This document shows, in pieces, positions 63,676-64,000 of a stretch of DNA of 64,000 nucleotides; position 1 is the stretch's first letter, and each line of letters begins with the position of its first letter. The DNA is taken from the sequence record PQ898399.1, one strand, 5' to 3'. Below the pieces are notes generated by a model. The model had not been told where the DNA came from. It did not search any database and saw only the letters and a list, made by a program, of their open reading frames with translations. A program made the position numbers and the translations under genes.

Positions 63676-63864
63676 ATGTATCGGATGAGTAAGCGCAGTC
63701 TTGTTACCCGTATTGTATTGCTACCAGTTTATGTAGTGCTCTGGTTCTTAGGTGGTATAGCTTTAACCGCTTACTATCTCACAGAGAAGCTGTGGAACTT
63801 CCTGGATAAACTTATGGATAAGTTTGAAGCCTGGGTACATAAGATAGCACCACTCGGTAAGTAG
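63676..63864 (+). CDS. hypothetical membrane protein
   Basis: hydrophobic helix. Confidence 0.6.
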   Translation: MYRMSKRSLVTRIVLLPVYVVLWFLGGIALTAYYLTEKLWNFLDKLMDKFEAWVHKIAPLGK

Positions 63865-64000
63865 TTAGTCTGCTAATTATTTTTATGGAAAACTTTTTCA
63901 ATTTTTTGCTAGTTAGGTACGGTAGCACTACTTACTACTCTGGCTGTTAGAAATCTGGGACTCCCCCCGGTGTCATCGCCTGGAAAAAAGAATTCTTACT

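Noticed and set aside
1-64000. CRISPR array, integrase, transposase, retron or DGR
   Set aside because: No regularly spaced repeats, and no recombinase, transposase or reverse transcriptase motifs were recognised.

Overview
The window joins two unrelated lytic phage genomes across a 100-N gap (48414-48513). LEFT (1-48413): a T4-like myovirus (Tevenvirinae), with every gene I can support on the + strand, in T4's transcription order: tRNA clusters, e.6, nudE, lysozyme e, internal protein, denV, vs.8-vs.4, regB, vs.1, vs, tk.4, tk, rI.1/rI/rI.-1, nrdC.11/nrdC.10, nrdC, pin, 49, nrdD, nrdG, nrdH, 55.2, 55, a-gt.5-a-gt.2, 47, 46, 45.2, rpbA, 45, 44 and 62 (cut by the gap). It carries 19 canonical tRNAs and T4-type early, middle and late promoters, with no recognisable homing endonuclease or alpha-glucosyltransferase. 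RIGHT (48514-64000): an N4-like podovirus (Schitoviridae) morphogenesis module on the - strand (small and large terminase, gp67-like, portal, gp58/57, major capsid, gp55/54/53-like). A + strand island interrupts it, holding a MazG-like pyrophosphatase, a tRNA cluster and an Acb4/PF13876-like protein. The most striking unexplained signal is a set of tRNA-shaped and other structured non-coding RNAs inside both tRNA clusters. One 97-nt element occurs in both unrelated phages (76/97 identical, ungapped, with compensatory base changes and a CCA end in one copy). Gene names come from my recall of T4/N4 proteins and from synteny, not from database searches.
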